64,000 nucleotides of DNA from Magallana gigas. Lineage: Eukaryota. Positions 30,101 to 43,300 of this stretch are shown here, piece after piece. A model generated the notes under the pieces. The model was not told where the DNA came from. It saw only the letters and a list, made by a program, of their open reading frames with translations, and did no database searches. The translations under genes and the position numbers were made by a program. The DNA lies in NCBI RefSeq assembly GCF_963853765.1, contig NC_088858.1:30132001-30196000 (forward strand), given 5' to 3'. Every line of letters begins with the position of its first letter. Within the stretch, counting starts at the first letter, position 1.

Positions 30101-33100
30101 CATAGTGTTAAAAGCAAGATGCCAATGGGTCACATCACTTACCTTAGCAAAACGTAAGGTTTGTATCCTTTTCTGAATTTAGGAAATATAGTATTTGGAA
30201 ATTTCTTGACAAACTATTTAGAATCTACACATGTTTTGAACAAATTAAATATATACTATTTCAGAATGTTTTTATATTACTTTCTTAACATATTTGAGCA
30301 TTGTAAGTTCTTTTAAAAGACAATTTTAAAATATTTTTGTTCTTTTAATATTTTTCTATGTTGTTCTTTTCATTCCTCCAGGGATACCTTTTTTGATCTG
30401 GAGGCCACTGCTTGAATAATTTCCACCCATTTTTGACCCATTTTATAGACTTACATGTAGGGTCAAATGATCAATAGATAAGAATTTACTCTATACAAGG
30501 AAGCTTAGTATTGGTATCGCTGGAACAGGGTTCTAGAAATAATTTTAAAAAAATCCTTTTTCACAATTCTCTGTGTTTGGTGGTACCCTTCATTTTATCA
30601 ATTTAGAGTTCTTTTTACTGGTTCTAGAGAGGAAGTTAACCAGTTTACAGATGGATTAACAAACAATGGTACAGATGGACCAATAGCGATAAAAAAAAAA
30701 GCTCACAAGAAGTTTTGGTTCAAGTGAACTTAAAAATCTAAAATATTTCGATTGAGAGCACCGGGTTGTCCTTTACTTACTGTATCTGGATAATATCCAT
30801 TAGGCTGAATTCGTCTTTAACACCTGTCACATAAATATTTACGGTATGCAATATCTGTATCTTAAGTGTACATTTTCGTATATGAAAAAAATAATTCAAT
30901 TAAATTTCAATAGTCATTTAAGTACTTAAATACAGAGGTTCTCATGCACTTTCCATTCTATTTCAAGATGCTTGTTAGTCCTTTTAAAATCTCATTATGA
31001 AAACTAAGTATATGTACTAGTTATTGGACAAGTTATATCCATACCATACTGATAGGAGAACAGTGTTCTTTCGTAGACAAGAGTTTCTACTCCTACTCTT
31101 AGTGTCTGCATACAGAAGTCCAGATCAAGGAAGAAGTAAATTGTCTGTTGTAGAGGGTCATGTAAATCCAGACAGCACTCGACACCCGTACAATGACTCA
31201 TGAGGTGACAACTGATTGGTAGGACGTCCGATATTTCTGTCATGTTACCAACATCCAGGGGACAATCTGCAAAAACAGTTTACATTCCAATGCTTTTCAA
31301 ATGCTCTCTGAATTTATGTTAATATTTATCATAAGCTACCTTCCTTTATTCAAACAACAAAGCTTTATTCTCATTACAATTCACTGACCTATTCTCCATC
31401 TATTTTGGTTTAGGGTCTGTGGATAATACTCTGCTGATTTCCTGTTACACTGCTGTTCCTTTGGCAGGAGGAAGTTTGTTATTCCTAGTTTTTCTTTTAA
31501 CATGGAGAGATAAGTGTTGGATAAAAGAGAACCAGGAGTCAGGGACATGTTGCTGTACCACCCAGAGAGAGAAAATCCTGTACAATACAGTACAAAAACA
31601 GAAAAATGTACACAAAACAGTTACGTTAGGTTTGATGATAGTTTAATTGACTCAGTGGTTATCATTTTGAAAATAGATATCAATAAAAACACACCAGAAT
31701 AATTGAATGACCAGTCACATCCAATCTTTGGCAAATACAAGTTTTTGGCAATGTCATAAGAAATCAAGCAAGGCTTTCCATGTTCCAGACAAACCTCTAC
31801 TTTCATGTTAACGAGGTATTTGACTTCAAGCTCTTCAATGGTGTATCTGTTAATAACATCAAATGAAAGCACGAGTTTTTAAGATACTAACAGATTATAA
31901 GTAGCAATGTGCTTTGGATGCAGAACTAAAGTTTTGCTCATGGATGAAATAATCTTACTCTATTCTAACTACATCTTTCATCCAGAAACTGTTTGTTGCT
32001 CCTACAGAAAAAATATTATATGTATTACTATATATCATTGTGTAACAATAAAAAAAATCAAAATAGAAAAGATAATGATAATAAATTTGACGATCACACA
32101 AATAATATTTGGCAAAATGAATTTTAAAGATAACTACCATATGAGTAATTCAGAAGACTGATCCTGGTCCTATACTCTTCAATCCCTAATTCCAAAGTTT
32201 TGTAGCAAGGGTCTAAGTCAATAAAGGCTTCAAAGTTTCTTCCAATACTTGACACAGCAAGACAGCAACGAATTTCTGTACATTTTGAAGAGATTGAGCA
32301 CAGAATGGGCAATGGCAACAAACTTGTTTTCCGATAGGTGGAAGACTTGGAACAATCTACAATGGTTATTAAGTATAAATAAATAAAACTCTCAAGCGAA
32401 ACTTATCTATATTTCATTAATTATAAATAATCAACTAAATAATAAGGTAATATTGCAATTACATGTACATAAGGTATAGACATTTGTATAAAATGGTATA
32501 AAATAGTATACATCTAAAATCAATTTAAACAACTAAAGGCCTTTATTCTTTTCCCAAGTTAAGCCATACCATCATTCCATCCTTTTATGGTGCTATTTCC
32601 ATTCTGGATACTGCACTGAGTTTTCTTTAGGTAACCAGCAATGCCAAGGTACTCCATCAACTGGTCTGTGGCAAATGTTGTCAACTTGTCAGAGGTCAAA
32701 CCCACTGAGCTTTTCCAGCCATCAAGTGAAAAATCTGTAAGTTGAAAAGGAAATTTCACTTCTGAAGGTGATACATAAAAAAGAAATTTCATTAAAAAAA
32801 TCATTTCCACATAATATTAACTTGTAAAGCTTGCTGTAAAGTCACAAATGTTCTTAGGAAGCCGTTGTTGATGGAATACAGGAACATCAAGCAGACACTG
32901 AGATTCTGAATCAAAGCAGACACTGAACTTCAGATCTATTAAATATTGATTCTCTGCTGTAAGATCCCATATCTTAAATCTGCAAAAAAGAGGATGCACA
33001 TAAAAGATTTTAATAAAATATCCTAGCAAGGATAACATATGCAAAAGGTTAAGTGTTTACATACTTCATTCTGACAACATTGACCAATCTGACATCCTTT

Positions 33101-34242
33101 TCAATTCCAAACTCAAACTCTTTCAAGTAAATTTGAAACTGGAATTTATCGATTCCAAACTTCATTTGTAGATTGCAAGGGTCTATGTCAAGGTATACAT
33201 GGAAATTGTGATGAATTGGAGCTGCTTCTATGCAACAGTCAACTCCTGTGCATGATCCTGCTATTGCACATCTCATACTGGATGGAAGTGAAGGTAAGAA
33301 TCCAATGCCTTTGGGACAAGCTTCAATAAAAAAAAAAACAATACAAAAAGAGTCCTTTACCACATGAAATATTAATAACTACTGTATTTTTTTAAACCAA
33401 GAAATATTTTTCACTCTGCAAAAATATCATATAAACTGTTCATACTGTTTTTGATTCCATTGATGTTCGGGTTGTACTTCTGGTTTGAGAGAGAACATGG
33501 AGGATTGTTTAGATACTGTGGCAATCCTAGAGACTCTTTGAGTTCATCTAGCACCAGTCCTTTTATCTGATCGAATGCTGTCAATGCGTTTTCCTTCATG
33601 AAATGTCCCAGAGTAAACTCTAAAAATATGATTTAAATGAAACATGTATCTTTAAGATGAGATGTATTAAGTACCAACCATCAAGATTTTTCCGGTATGA
33701 CATGCCTTTATACATGATATGCATATTGAATTTCATATATTCTTAGAAACACGTCACAATACCAAATTTCAGTTTGCTGAAGAGTACATTTATCATATGA
33801 AATTTGTTTTTGATAAAAACTCTATATTTACCAGGGTTCATGAAACCATTGCCCCAATGACATATTTGCTTGGAAAGTTTGGCTTGATCAAGAATGTTGA
33901 CATTGATCAGACAATCCCCTCCATCCTCAAGGCAAACAGCCAGGTCTACTGTCACTACATATACACCCTCACCAACATAGTCCCATATTGTGTATCTAAA
34001 TACAATTTTTTTTAAACTATGATAATGTCTTAGGTAGCTTAGAATGTTTGAAGATGAATATAAAACAGAGTCTGAAAAACAATTACTGTAAATGATAATA
34101 TAGTTACCCAAATTTGATAACTCCTCTGATAACTATTTCTTTTCTCACCCCTGAAATTCAATTTTAAAAATGTTAAATAATTTCACGACAAAGACAGCTA
34201 ACATATCTGCACTTATTTAACATACTTGACCATTCACCATCC

Positions 34243-34339
<97 letters not shown>

Positions 34340-37300
34340 AAACTCAAACATCTGTAGGGAAAGGGTTTCTGTTAGTTTCTCAATCCCGAATGTGATCTTC
34401 TGGTTACAGAAATCTATGTCTAGCACTACTTCAAAGGTCCTGCCTAGTTTTCCCACTTCTACACAACAGCTGACAGCTGTACATGACTCTTTGATGTTGC
34501 AGGCTGTCGTTCCTCTAATTTTAAACAATGACAGCTTTGTTGGGCACTCTACAAAGTGCATAAAAATTCATTATCATTGTAAAATGATTTACCATTATCA
34601 TTTGATTCTTGGTGTTTAACATCAACTGCATCACAAACTATTAGAGAACAAATCAAGTAAAACCGTAACCTAAGAAAACATAAAACGAACCTGATGACCA
34701 TCCATTTTCTTGAAGCTGGTTAATGCTGTATGGTGGTTCTGATCGGGAACAAGACTTCTCTTTTATGAAGGAATCAATACCAAGAAGCTTAAACAAGGAA
34801 TCAGACAAAGCTGTGGAGAGGCTTCCTTCTAGTGACAGTCCTTGCTCACTCATCCAGTTAGAAAGAGAAAATCCTAGTCAAAATAATACCCACACTTAAT
34901 AATAATACCTCAGAAATTGCAATTATTGTTAAAAAAAAACATTAGCAAGCACAAAATATATGCAACTCTGCCACATGCAATCAAAGCTTTGATGTATGTG
35001 TACATTTTGATAGCCAACACATTACCTTTAGATGAAAAATCCATTTTGAGGTCACAATTCAGAATAGGAATGAGAACTTCTTTGAATATTGGGACATCAA
35101 GCTCACATTTATTAGGCTCCAAACAAACAGAAATGCCAAGATCAAGAACATACTTCCGGGAGACCTCTAATTGGCTTGCCTTGAATCTAATTTATCAAAT
35201 ATATCAAGAAGTAATAATCTTATGCACTATTAAAAACAAAAAGAAGCAACATTAAAATGTTCATCATGTCATGTCATGTGCAATACATTTTGTACTTACT
35301 TGATGAATATTATATTTACAATGTCTGTTTTGACTTCTTTGCCTGCAAAGAATTTGAAAAATTGAGGAACTGATACAACGATGATACAATAATTGAGAGC
35401 CCACTGCAAATGCCTGAAAACTCACAGTCATGTATAAAAAATGTGATATTTACCCCAAAAGGTGTTGAAGTCGAGAAGTCCATATGAGAATGTTTTCTTC
35501 TCGATGCCACCAGAGATGACATAATTACACCTGTCAAAGTGCAGGAAGAAGTGAAGTCTAAGGTTCAAAAGACTGAAGTCCACACAACAATCAATTCTGG
35601 TACAGTTCTGTGTCAGAGCACACTTTACATTGTGGAATGGAATTGTTGGTGGCACAACCCAATTTAATGGACACTCTAAAATGTATATATTTATTAAATT
35701 TTAAACGGCGTAATTTGCAAACTCACATGTAGATTATCAGTAAAGAAAGCAGATTTCATTCCAGTATTCATTTTTACCATTTTTCCATCCATTCACACTT
35801 GGGGAATACAAGTCATCATTTATATGGCAGGGTCTGTCCTGAAGAAATTTGTCCACACCTAGCTGTTGGATCAGCATTGTCTTGGCGCTGTCCTTTAAGT
35901 CCTCCAGTGAGGGTATCCCCATATTCTCCAACCAATTTGACATTGAAAAATCTATGATAAAAAATTACAGTAATTAGAGGTACACTGGACAAAAATATAC
36001 TGGTGTATGAGTCCTGGAATAAAACCAAAAAAAATTGGGCAAGTTTTAGAGAGCATCTGTGGACCAAAAATATAAGCATTTCTTGAACTGACTTTTTTTT
36101 TTATGCCAAAACAGTTGTTAAGATGGTATGGAACACCAGTCGATTAATGGATAAAAAGCATACTTTCACTCATTTCAAATTTTACAATATTTGACCATAG
36201 AACATGTTTTTAAAATTTTGGAAAGGTAAAAATCATAGACCCGACAGGATTCAAACTCATACAAATTCGTAATTAGCACTCTAATCCATTGTGCTACACT
36301 GTTAGGCAACAATTTTGGCAAAGAAAGGAATTCTAAAATCATACTTCATTTTATTTTTTATTTCGAAGGCAAGGACGTTACAATAACATTCATAGGCGAT
36401 GTCCTCCGAAAAGTCCGCAAAAATTATTGTAACACAGCCCTTTCCTGGACATCTGAAGGCAGAAGAAAGGAAGGAAGACCCAAAATCATGGAAAAGAAGT
36501 CGAGAGAGAGAGGGAAGTGGACGGAGATCCTGGACTGAGGGGGAGTTGCGGCTGCAGATAAAAGTAGATGGCGACGTTCTGTTGATGCCTTAAGTGTCAC
36601 GAAGCGGATATTAATTTTTCAATATTTGAAAAAAAGTGTTCACATTGATTTTCATCAAAATTAGTATGAAGAGATTCAAATGAAATAAAGCTTATGTGAT
36701 GAAATGCTGCTTGAACTTTGAAAAAATATCAATGACTGAATTACCTCAGTGATCAAGCTATTGAGTATAAAGAGAGCAATAAAATGTTTCCATCCAAAGA
36801 TTCTCTAACTAATAACCTTTTGCTCAACAAATTGCTGAAGAGTTGACACCAATGAATCACTTTCATATTAAAAAAAAATATTAAATCTTCAATTTAGGTC
36901 TACAGCTCAGTTCTAAGCGATTAGAGATAACATTGTTCTGTACTTGATTAAAAGTTTTGCATACAAAACAACATGTAAAACCTCGTTATTATTGCTTTTT
37001 TATCTTTTGACAACAGTCTTGGTAATTTTGTTTTACATAAACAAGTCAGTTCAAGAAATGTGTACAAGATGGCTGGACATTAAATTATATTGGTCTCAAA
37101 TCATTAACAAACTTACTGAAATCTCCTGTTATAAGTGCCCTTATAGAGGGTAGCTTTGTGTTGGTAAGCACTGGAATATTTATGGAACATTTGCCTCCAT
37201 CCAAACACACCATTGCACGAGCATTAAAGACATATACATTTTCATCTGTTATTGGTTTAATGCTAAATCTGGAAATTTTTTTTATTGAAAACAAATCATA

Positions 37301-40300
37301 TAAAATGCAGCATTCCATAAAAAAAAACCCCAAAACAAATCAATATTCAATTTCCAGAAAAAGCCCCCTTAAAACATTTTGATAGCCTTTATTCTTTTAA
37401 ATACAAAATACATTTTACACTCAAATCCACATATATTTGATCTGCTTACAAGTACATGTAATATTGATGTCCAGATTCACAAAATCATGATGAGAATCAA
37501 AAATTCAAATACAACGAGGAAACACTTACGCAAATTTGATTAAACCTTCTGCGACAGAAACTATAATTTCATCTCCCCAAACGTAGTCAATTAATTTCAT
37601 CTTTTTCTGCATGTTTTCAAAACCGAAACTGAGTTCCAATTTGTCCAGATCCAGATTCAGATACAGATGTAATCCCAGACCTAGACCTGGGATCTCAGCA
37701 CAACACTCTATTCCAGTACAGTAGTCAGGGATATGGCAGGACATTGGATCAGGAATCTTGGAGGGCAAAAATGCTATGGTTTTGGGACACGCTGAAGAAA
37801 AGAAATTATTTCTTCATGCAAGTTTAGTTTTCAAATGTCATCTGCCTTATTGCTTATTAAATTTATGAACAAATTCATCTTTCTACGTATACATAATGAG
37901 GAATTAATTCAAATGTGTGGAAGGTCAATTTTTTCACTTGTTGGAATTTTTTTCTGTAATTGATTATGCATGTACTAATGCATAAATGTACATCTTAATA
38001 TATAGATAAAGCCATTTCTGATTTTTAAAAAATGCACTTATAATTTTTAAACTATAATTCTGATAACTGTAAGATGTTAAAATATTGAACTAAACATCAA
38101 TTGCTAGCTGCTGCTTAGTTTTTAATAATTGGCTCTTTAAAAATGTAAAATAAAGTTTTTTTCTATCGCATTAATTGGAAAGTCAAGCATATAGAATCAA
38201 CAATTATGAGTCTTACTATTGTGCATTCCCTCCACAGATGGACTGTAGGGTGATCGTGTTCTATCGCATTTAGTTTTCTGGAAGAAATTTGTCAGGTTCA
38301 GTTCTTCCAGCAGTAACATTTTTGCTCCTTCTCCCAATTGCTCTCCAATGTCCAAGGCTTTATCTTTCAACCATTCATTGATAGAAAAGTCTGAAATAAT
38401 ATGATGAACAATGTGAACAGAAGATGACAGTGAATTTACATTTAATCAAATAGAATTGAATATATCTAAATAAGTAGTTTCTTTTTAAACAGATTAGGTC
38501 TTTTATTTCATTTGTTTCCTTCCACAATTAATCGGTTCGTAATCTCATTGATTACTAAAAGCACTTATTTGTTCATGGGGTTGAGGAGATAGAATTAAAA
38601 AGTACATGATTGTACTGTGTGTGTATCTATTTTGAAGTCATACTTTTGAAGTTGACTAGTGCTCTTTGATCACAGATAGGAACTTCTTGATTGTGAAGTA
38701 AATGCAACCCTTCATCACTTGGAATGCAATACTTCTTTCCATCTATAGGTAAGCAAATCATCACTTTTACATCCACAATAAAACCTTTGTTTTCCTCCAT
38801 TTGGTCTATATTGTATCTAAAGAGATGAACATTTTCGACTTTAAAACTTCAAAAATCCAAACAAGCATAATTATCAAAAATAGCAATATGCATTTCTCAA
38901 TTTACTTACATGATTTCAATAGGTGCTGGATTTCCTGAGCCAAGTGTAAGCACTTTTTGCTTGCCTGTATGATTACCAATGATGATAAAATGCATTTAAT
39001 TTTTTTTTTAATCAAACAATAGTCTTCAAAGCAATGTGAAGCTTTATTGTCATTATTCCACAGTCATGTAAATGCTTCTAACTAGTCAATAGATTCAATG
39101 GGACACTTACCAAACTCGTACTGCAGCAGACGTGTCTTCAACAAAGTACGCGTTCCAAATCCTATATCAATGGCAAAATCACAAGGGTCAATTTTGAACC
39201 AGAAAGGAATATTCTTGGTAATTCTGATATTTCCCAAGGGAATTGTAAATGTTAAATCTAAGCTGCAGTCAATTCCCCAACAATTTGGTGGCTGCACACA
39301 TTTAACCATGTGTCGAATGGCTGCAGGCAAATACTTGTGGAAGTCAAAAGAAATTGGGCAATCTATAAATGAAATTCAACATAAATTAAAAAAAAACTGG
39401 TATTTGATTCCATTGCATAAAGTTATTCAAGTTCATTTTGATTACTAGAATAAAATTATTTGTTCATTAAGAAGTAATACTCATGAAATATCACATGATA
39501 AAAAAAAATAAACTCAATAGGTTTGAGCTGCTAAAATGAGGTCTTAACCCAACTTACTAGAAGGCCCTGGTGGTAACTGCACTGGTCCAGATTTAAATAC
39601 CATCTGAAATACAATACTTTTATGTAAAACATGCCTATGTTGATAACAAAATTCAAACTAAAATGTCCTTGGTGGTCTAATGCCCAAAAGCCAAAAACTA
39701 TTACTTTAAGGGGAATACCTCATTTTTTTAAAATTTGAAATATGAACTTTGAGATTCCTGTTTTCAAAGTTTGCAATAAAAATAAATAACCCGCCTGTAA
39801 TTGGCCAGAAATATAAAAATTAGTGTATTTGATCCATGATGGTCTCCTTTTGATTTTTACTATTCTGATAGTAAAGTGACCTTGGTCAATGACCACGGAT
39901 CAAGTAACAACACACTATCAGTCATTAGGCAATCAGGCACATGTATGAACATCTGATATGTCTTCTTTTAAAAGTTACAGAACAAACATGAAATAAGAAT
40001 ATAAAAGACAGACAGACTAAAAAGAATTGAAAAACAGAGTGACAAATTGATATGGTGATTCCACTCTCCCTCCCCTTCAAAAGAAAATTAAGTAGCTTTT
40101 TTTCAGATTGTATGGTATAAAACATAAAAAAAGAAATAACCAAGATAAGCAGATAAACAGACTAAAATTAATGCCCTAGCTCTTTTCGATAATCAACAAG
40201 ACATAAATGACATTTAGAAAAATACCTAAACTGTCTAATCTCTTAATGTATAGTTCTCATTCAAACATTTAAAACGAGGGGTTGTTATATTATTTCAAGG

Positions 40301-43300
40301 CAAACATCCTCAATTATGCCAGTTGAAAGATGACTATTATACATGGGTTTTTTTTCAACATTGATGAAGCATGGCTTATTATTTTAGATTGTAAACCTCA
40401 ATTAAACTAACATTTAACAAAAATATACAATATTTAATTTCAGCTTACGTCCAGGTCAAATTTTTTCAACACCAATTCAAAGGCTTCCTCTGTCATCTTT
40501 CCTCCAATGGTTTGAAGCAGACCACTGAAAGTTCCTCCACCTTCAAACAAATATTTGTGTGTTGAATTCTTAAAATAATATTAATTCTTGATTACTGAAT
40601 ATTATTGTATTTCTTTTATATTCTTTATAATACCTGGAAGAACAAACTCTCCACACAATGGAATGGGTATTTTGATATCCTGCAAGAAGTACTCATCCAA
40701 GAAGCAATCTCCTGGACATATTTTCAGCCCAAAACTCAATATGAATACACCTTCATCAACATTCCGATCAATTTTATACCTAGTAATAAAAGTATTTTGA
40801 GTGAAAAATCAAGTATTACATGGTAACCCTTATAGTTTAACGTGGCCTTTCTTCAATTATTTTCTTTTATTTCCTCTAACTCCGCAATGTAAAGATTTCC
40901 ACTATATACATTGTAATTCCAAACTTACTTTTTTACGTTAAATGATATTTTTTTCTATTTAAGGAATTAATTTAATTTTGACGTATGTTATACGATATAA
41001 CATAACTTGGGACAGTTTACGCTTTTTTATAAACCGCGAAATTCATTCCCTATAATTTAATATTCAAAACAAATCTAACTCTCCGTACCATTTTCATGCT
41101 TTTGTTTTAACCGTAAACGACATTTTTAACTACCCGCGCAGTAGTACAACATCCTTAGTAACAAGTGACCCAGATTAGAACGAAGCGAGGGGTGGCGGCC
41201 ATATTTGAATTTGGTGTTTGGACGCTGGTTCGCATCTTCACAGTTTAGTTCTCAAAGTTAAAGGTACAGTTGTCAAAAGTTGAATTAGACATCAAGTGTG
41301 AAAGTGTGGATATTGCAGGGGCAGGCCTCTTGGGTTTGTTGATGAGCATGCGTCAAATTCATGTTAGGAGATCGACTCGGATATTGGGAGCGGTGTGTGA
41401 AATGCACGAGCATGCTGAAAATGGATTGTTTGTACTTTGTCGCTTTACAGTAAGTACATGTACACCAAGAGTTTCGCACATTTGTTTTCTCTGAGCCATC
41501 GAGATTGTAACTGTAAACAGAGGATTCATGTTTACAGTCATGATTTATATACCGACATCGATTATTTAACCTGCTATCAGTCTATAGTAATTAGGGGGAA
41601 CTAGCTCAATCAGATGGAAATCTGCTCGCCAAATGTTTTTTACGAAAAGAGGCATCAGAATATTAAAACCCCACTAAAATACCACCATAAACCTAGATAG
41701 CGTAAAAGTAGAGCGCTCTTAAAAGAGAGATTTGGGTGCAATTCCCATTCTGGCTTAAAATTTGGTGTTTTTACTATGATATAAAATTTACTGATATTTG
41801 TTTATTCATCCTTTTCATACCTTGAAAAAGATTCAACTCCCCCTCAAGTTTTGTGCTCCTTTTCGTAAAAATTCAATTCAATCCATTTGTGAGATATTTT
41901 CAAAATCATTTTTTATTTTTTCAATTTGGAAAGATTGAAGCATATTTTTTTTTTAATTTATAGTATGCAAATGAAAAGAGATAAACTTGGTCATATTCTA
42001 TTTATTTACTATTATATACACATGCATGCAATTGTACATGTAAGGTTTACATGTAAAAAAAAAAAAAGTAGTTCCGGATAGATGTTGTCAAGTGGGTGTG
42101 TCCCCATACCAAGGTATGTTATAAAATATAATATCCCTCCATCTGTATCAGCCAATGAAATGAGGCGTTACAACCAAAATTAAATTATTTGGATATATAG
42201 TTTCAATCGAAAATATATACAATGACTTCATTAATTAAGGAGTCTCGACAGAGAATGTTTCAATCAAACGATTTCCTTTAATTTTTTTCAGTGAAAGGTC
42301 AGACATTTTATATAGGATTATATAGAGAAAATGGGTTATCATTTTCAATTTCATATGTAAAAAAAATAAAAACAAGATATTCTTTTAATTTTCAGCGTAT
42401 AACGTATAAGTAAACTTTTTGCCAATTAAAACGAAATTGAACAGATAGTTTTTATGCTATCCGCCCTCATATTTTGGTCCTATAAACGTGTCTTGCCAGT
42501 TATTTTACATATAGAATTGTATACGATTTTAGATAAATTTGTAATAGATAAAAAAAACACCTTTCTTCCACTCACACAGAAAATGAAATGATCGCGCAAA
42601 TTTTTTTTTTTCGTAAATCAAAAGTTCATTTTTAAATTGACTCTGCAATAAAAAAATGCACGACGTTTGTTTTTGGCAATTGTTACTTCAAAGTCTCAAC
42701 TGACCTCATCGTAAGACGTGAATAACCTCGTGAATGACCTCTGACGTGAATAAAGTCGATTTTGAAGAAGCAGTGGAATTATTAAAATAAATCTTAACAT
42801 TATCCTTAGGATTCATTTTATTAAAAATATTTTTTTATGATTAGTAATTTATTTTAAATAAAAACGTTACATGATAACCTATATATCTAATCATTTTACT
42901 CTGTATTTGCGTTTTACTATAGTTTTGCGCATTACCACAGGGTGCGAAATTTCAAACCCGCGACCGACATTAATAGGCATTTAATTGCATTTTGGATGTT
43001 ATCCAAAAATTATTTTATAAATATTCTTAACTTCAAAAATAGCCTGGTACTGGACCCTGAATTTTTTTGGGCATCAACAGGTTTAAATGCAAAAAAGGAA
43101 GAATTTATTTACATGTATTAATTAAGGTCAAGATCTAGCAAATGATTCCATAGTGTATTTTTGGTGCTAGAACCATTATTACGTCATAATTGATTTTAAG
43201 AATCTTTTCCCCGTACTTTACGGCTTTAAAGGAATTATGTAGAAAATTAAACAATTTCTTGACATTCTGTGTTAAATCATGGGAAAAGTAATCCCGGTAC

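Noticed and set aside
30360-30540. Possible extra linker exon (DPTCKSIKWVKNGWK)
   Set aside because: There are in-frame stops upstream and no suitable acceptor, and R9 already has a complete exon set.
34217-34338. IYIYIY peptide repeats in ORFs 34217-34561 and 6093-6422
   Set aside because: Read-through into intronic (TA)n after the splice donor.
636-35255. Plus-strand ORFs in the track (e.g. 636-821, 9922-10209, 17514-17744, 33719-34015, 34917-35255)
   Set aside because: They are antisense shadows of the minus-strand exons, with no shared motif or splice logic of their own.
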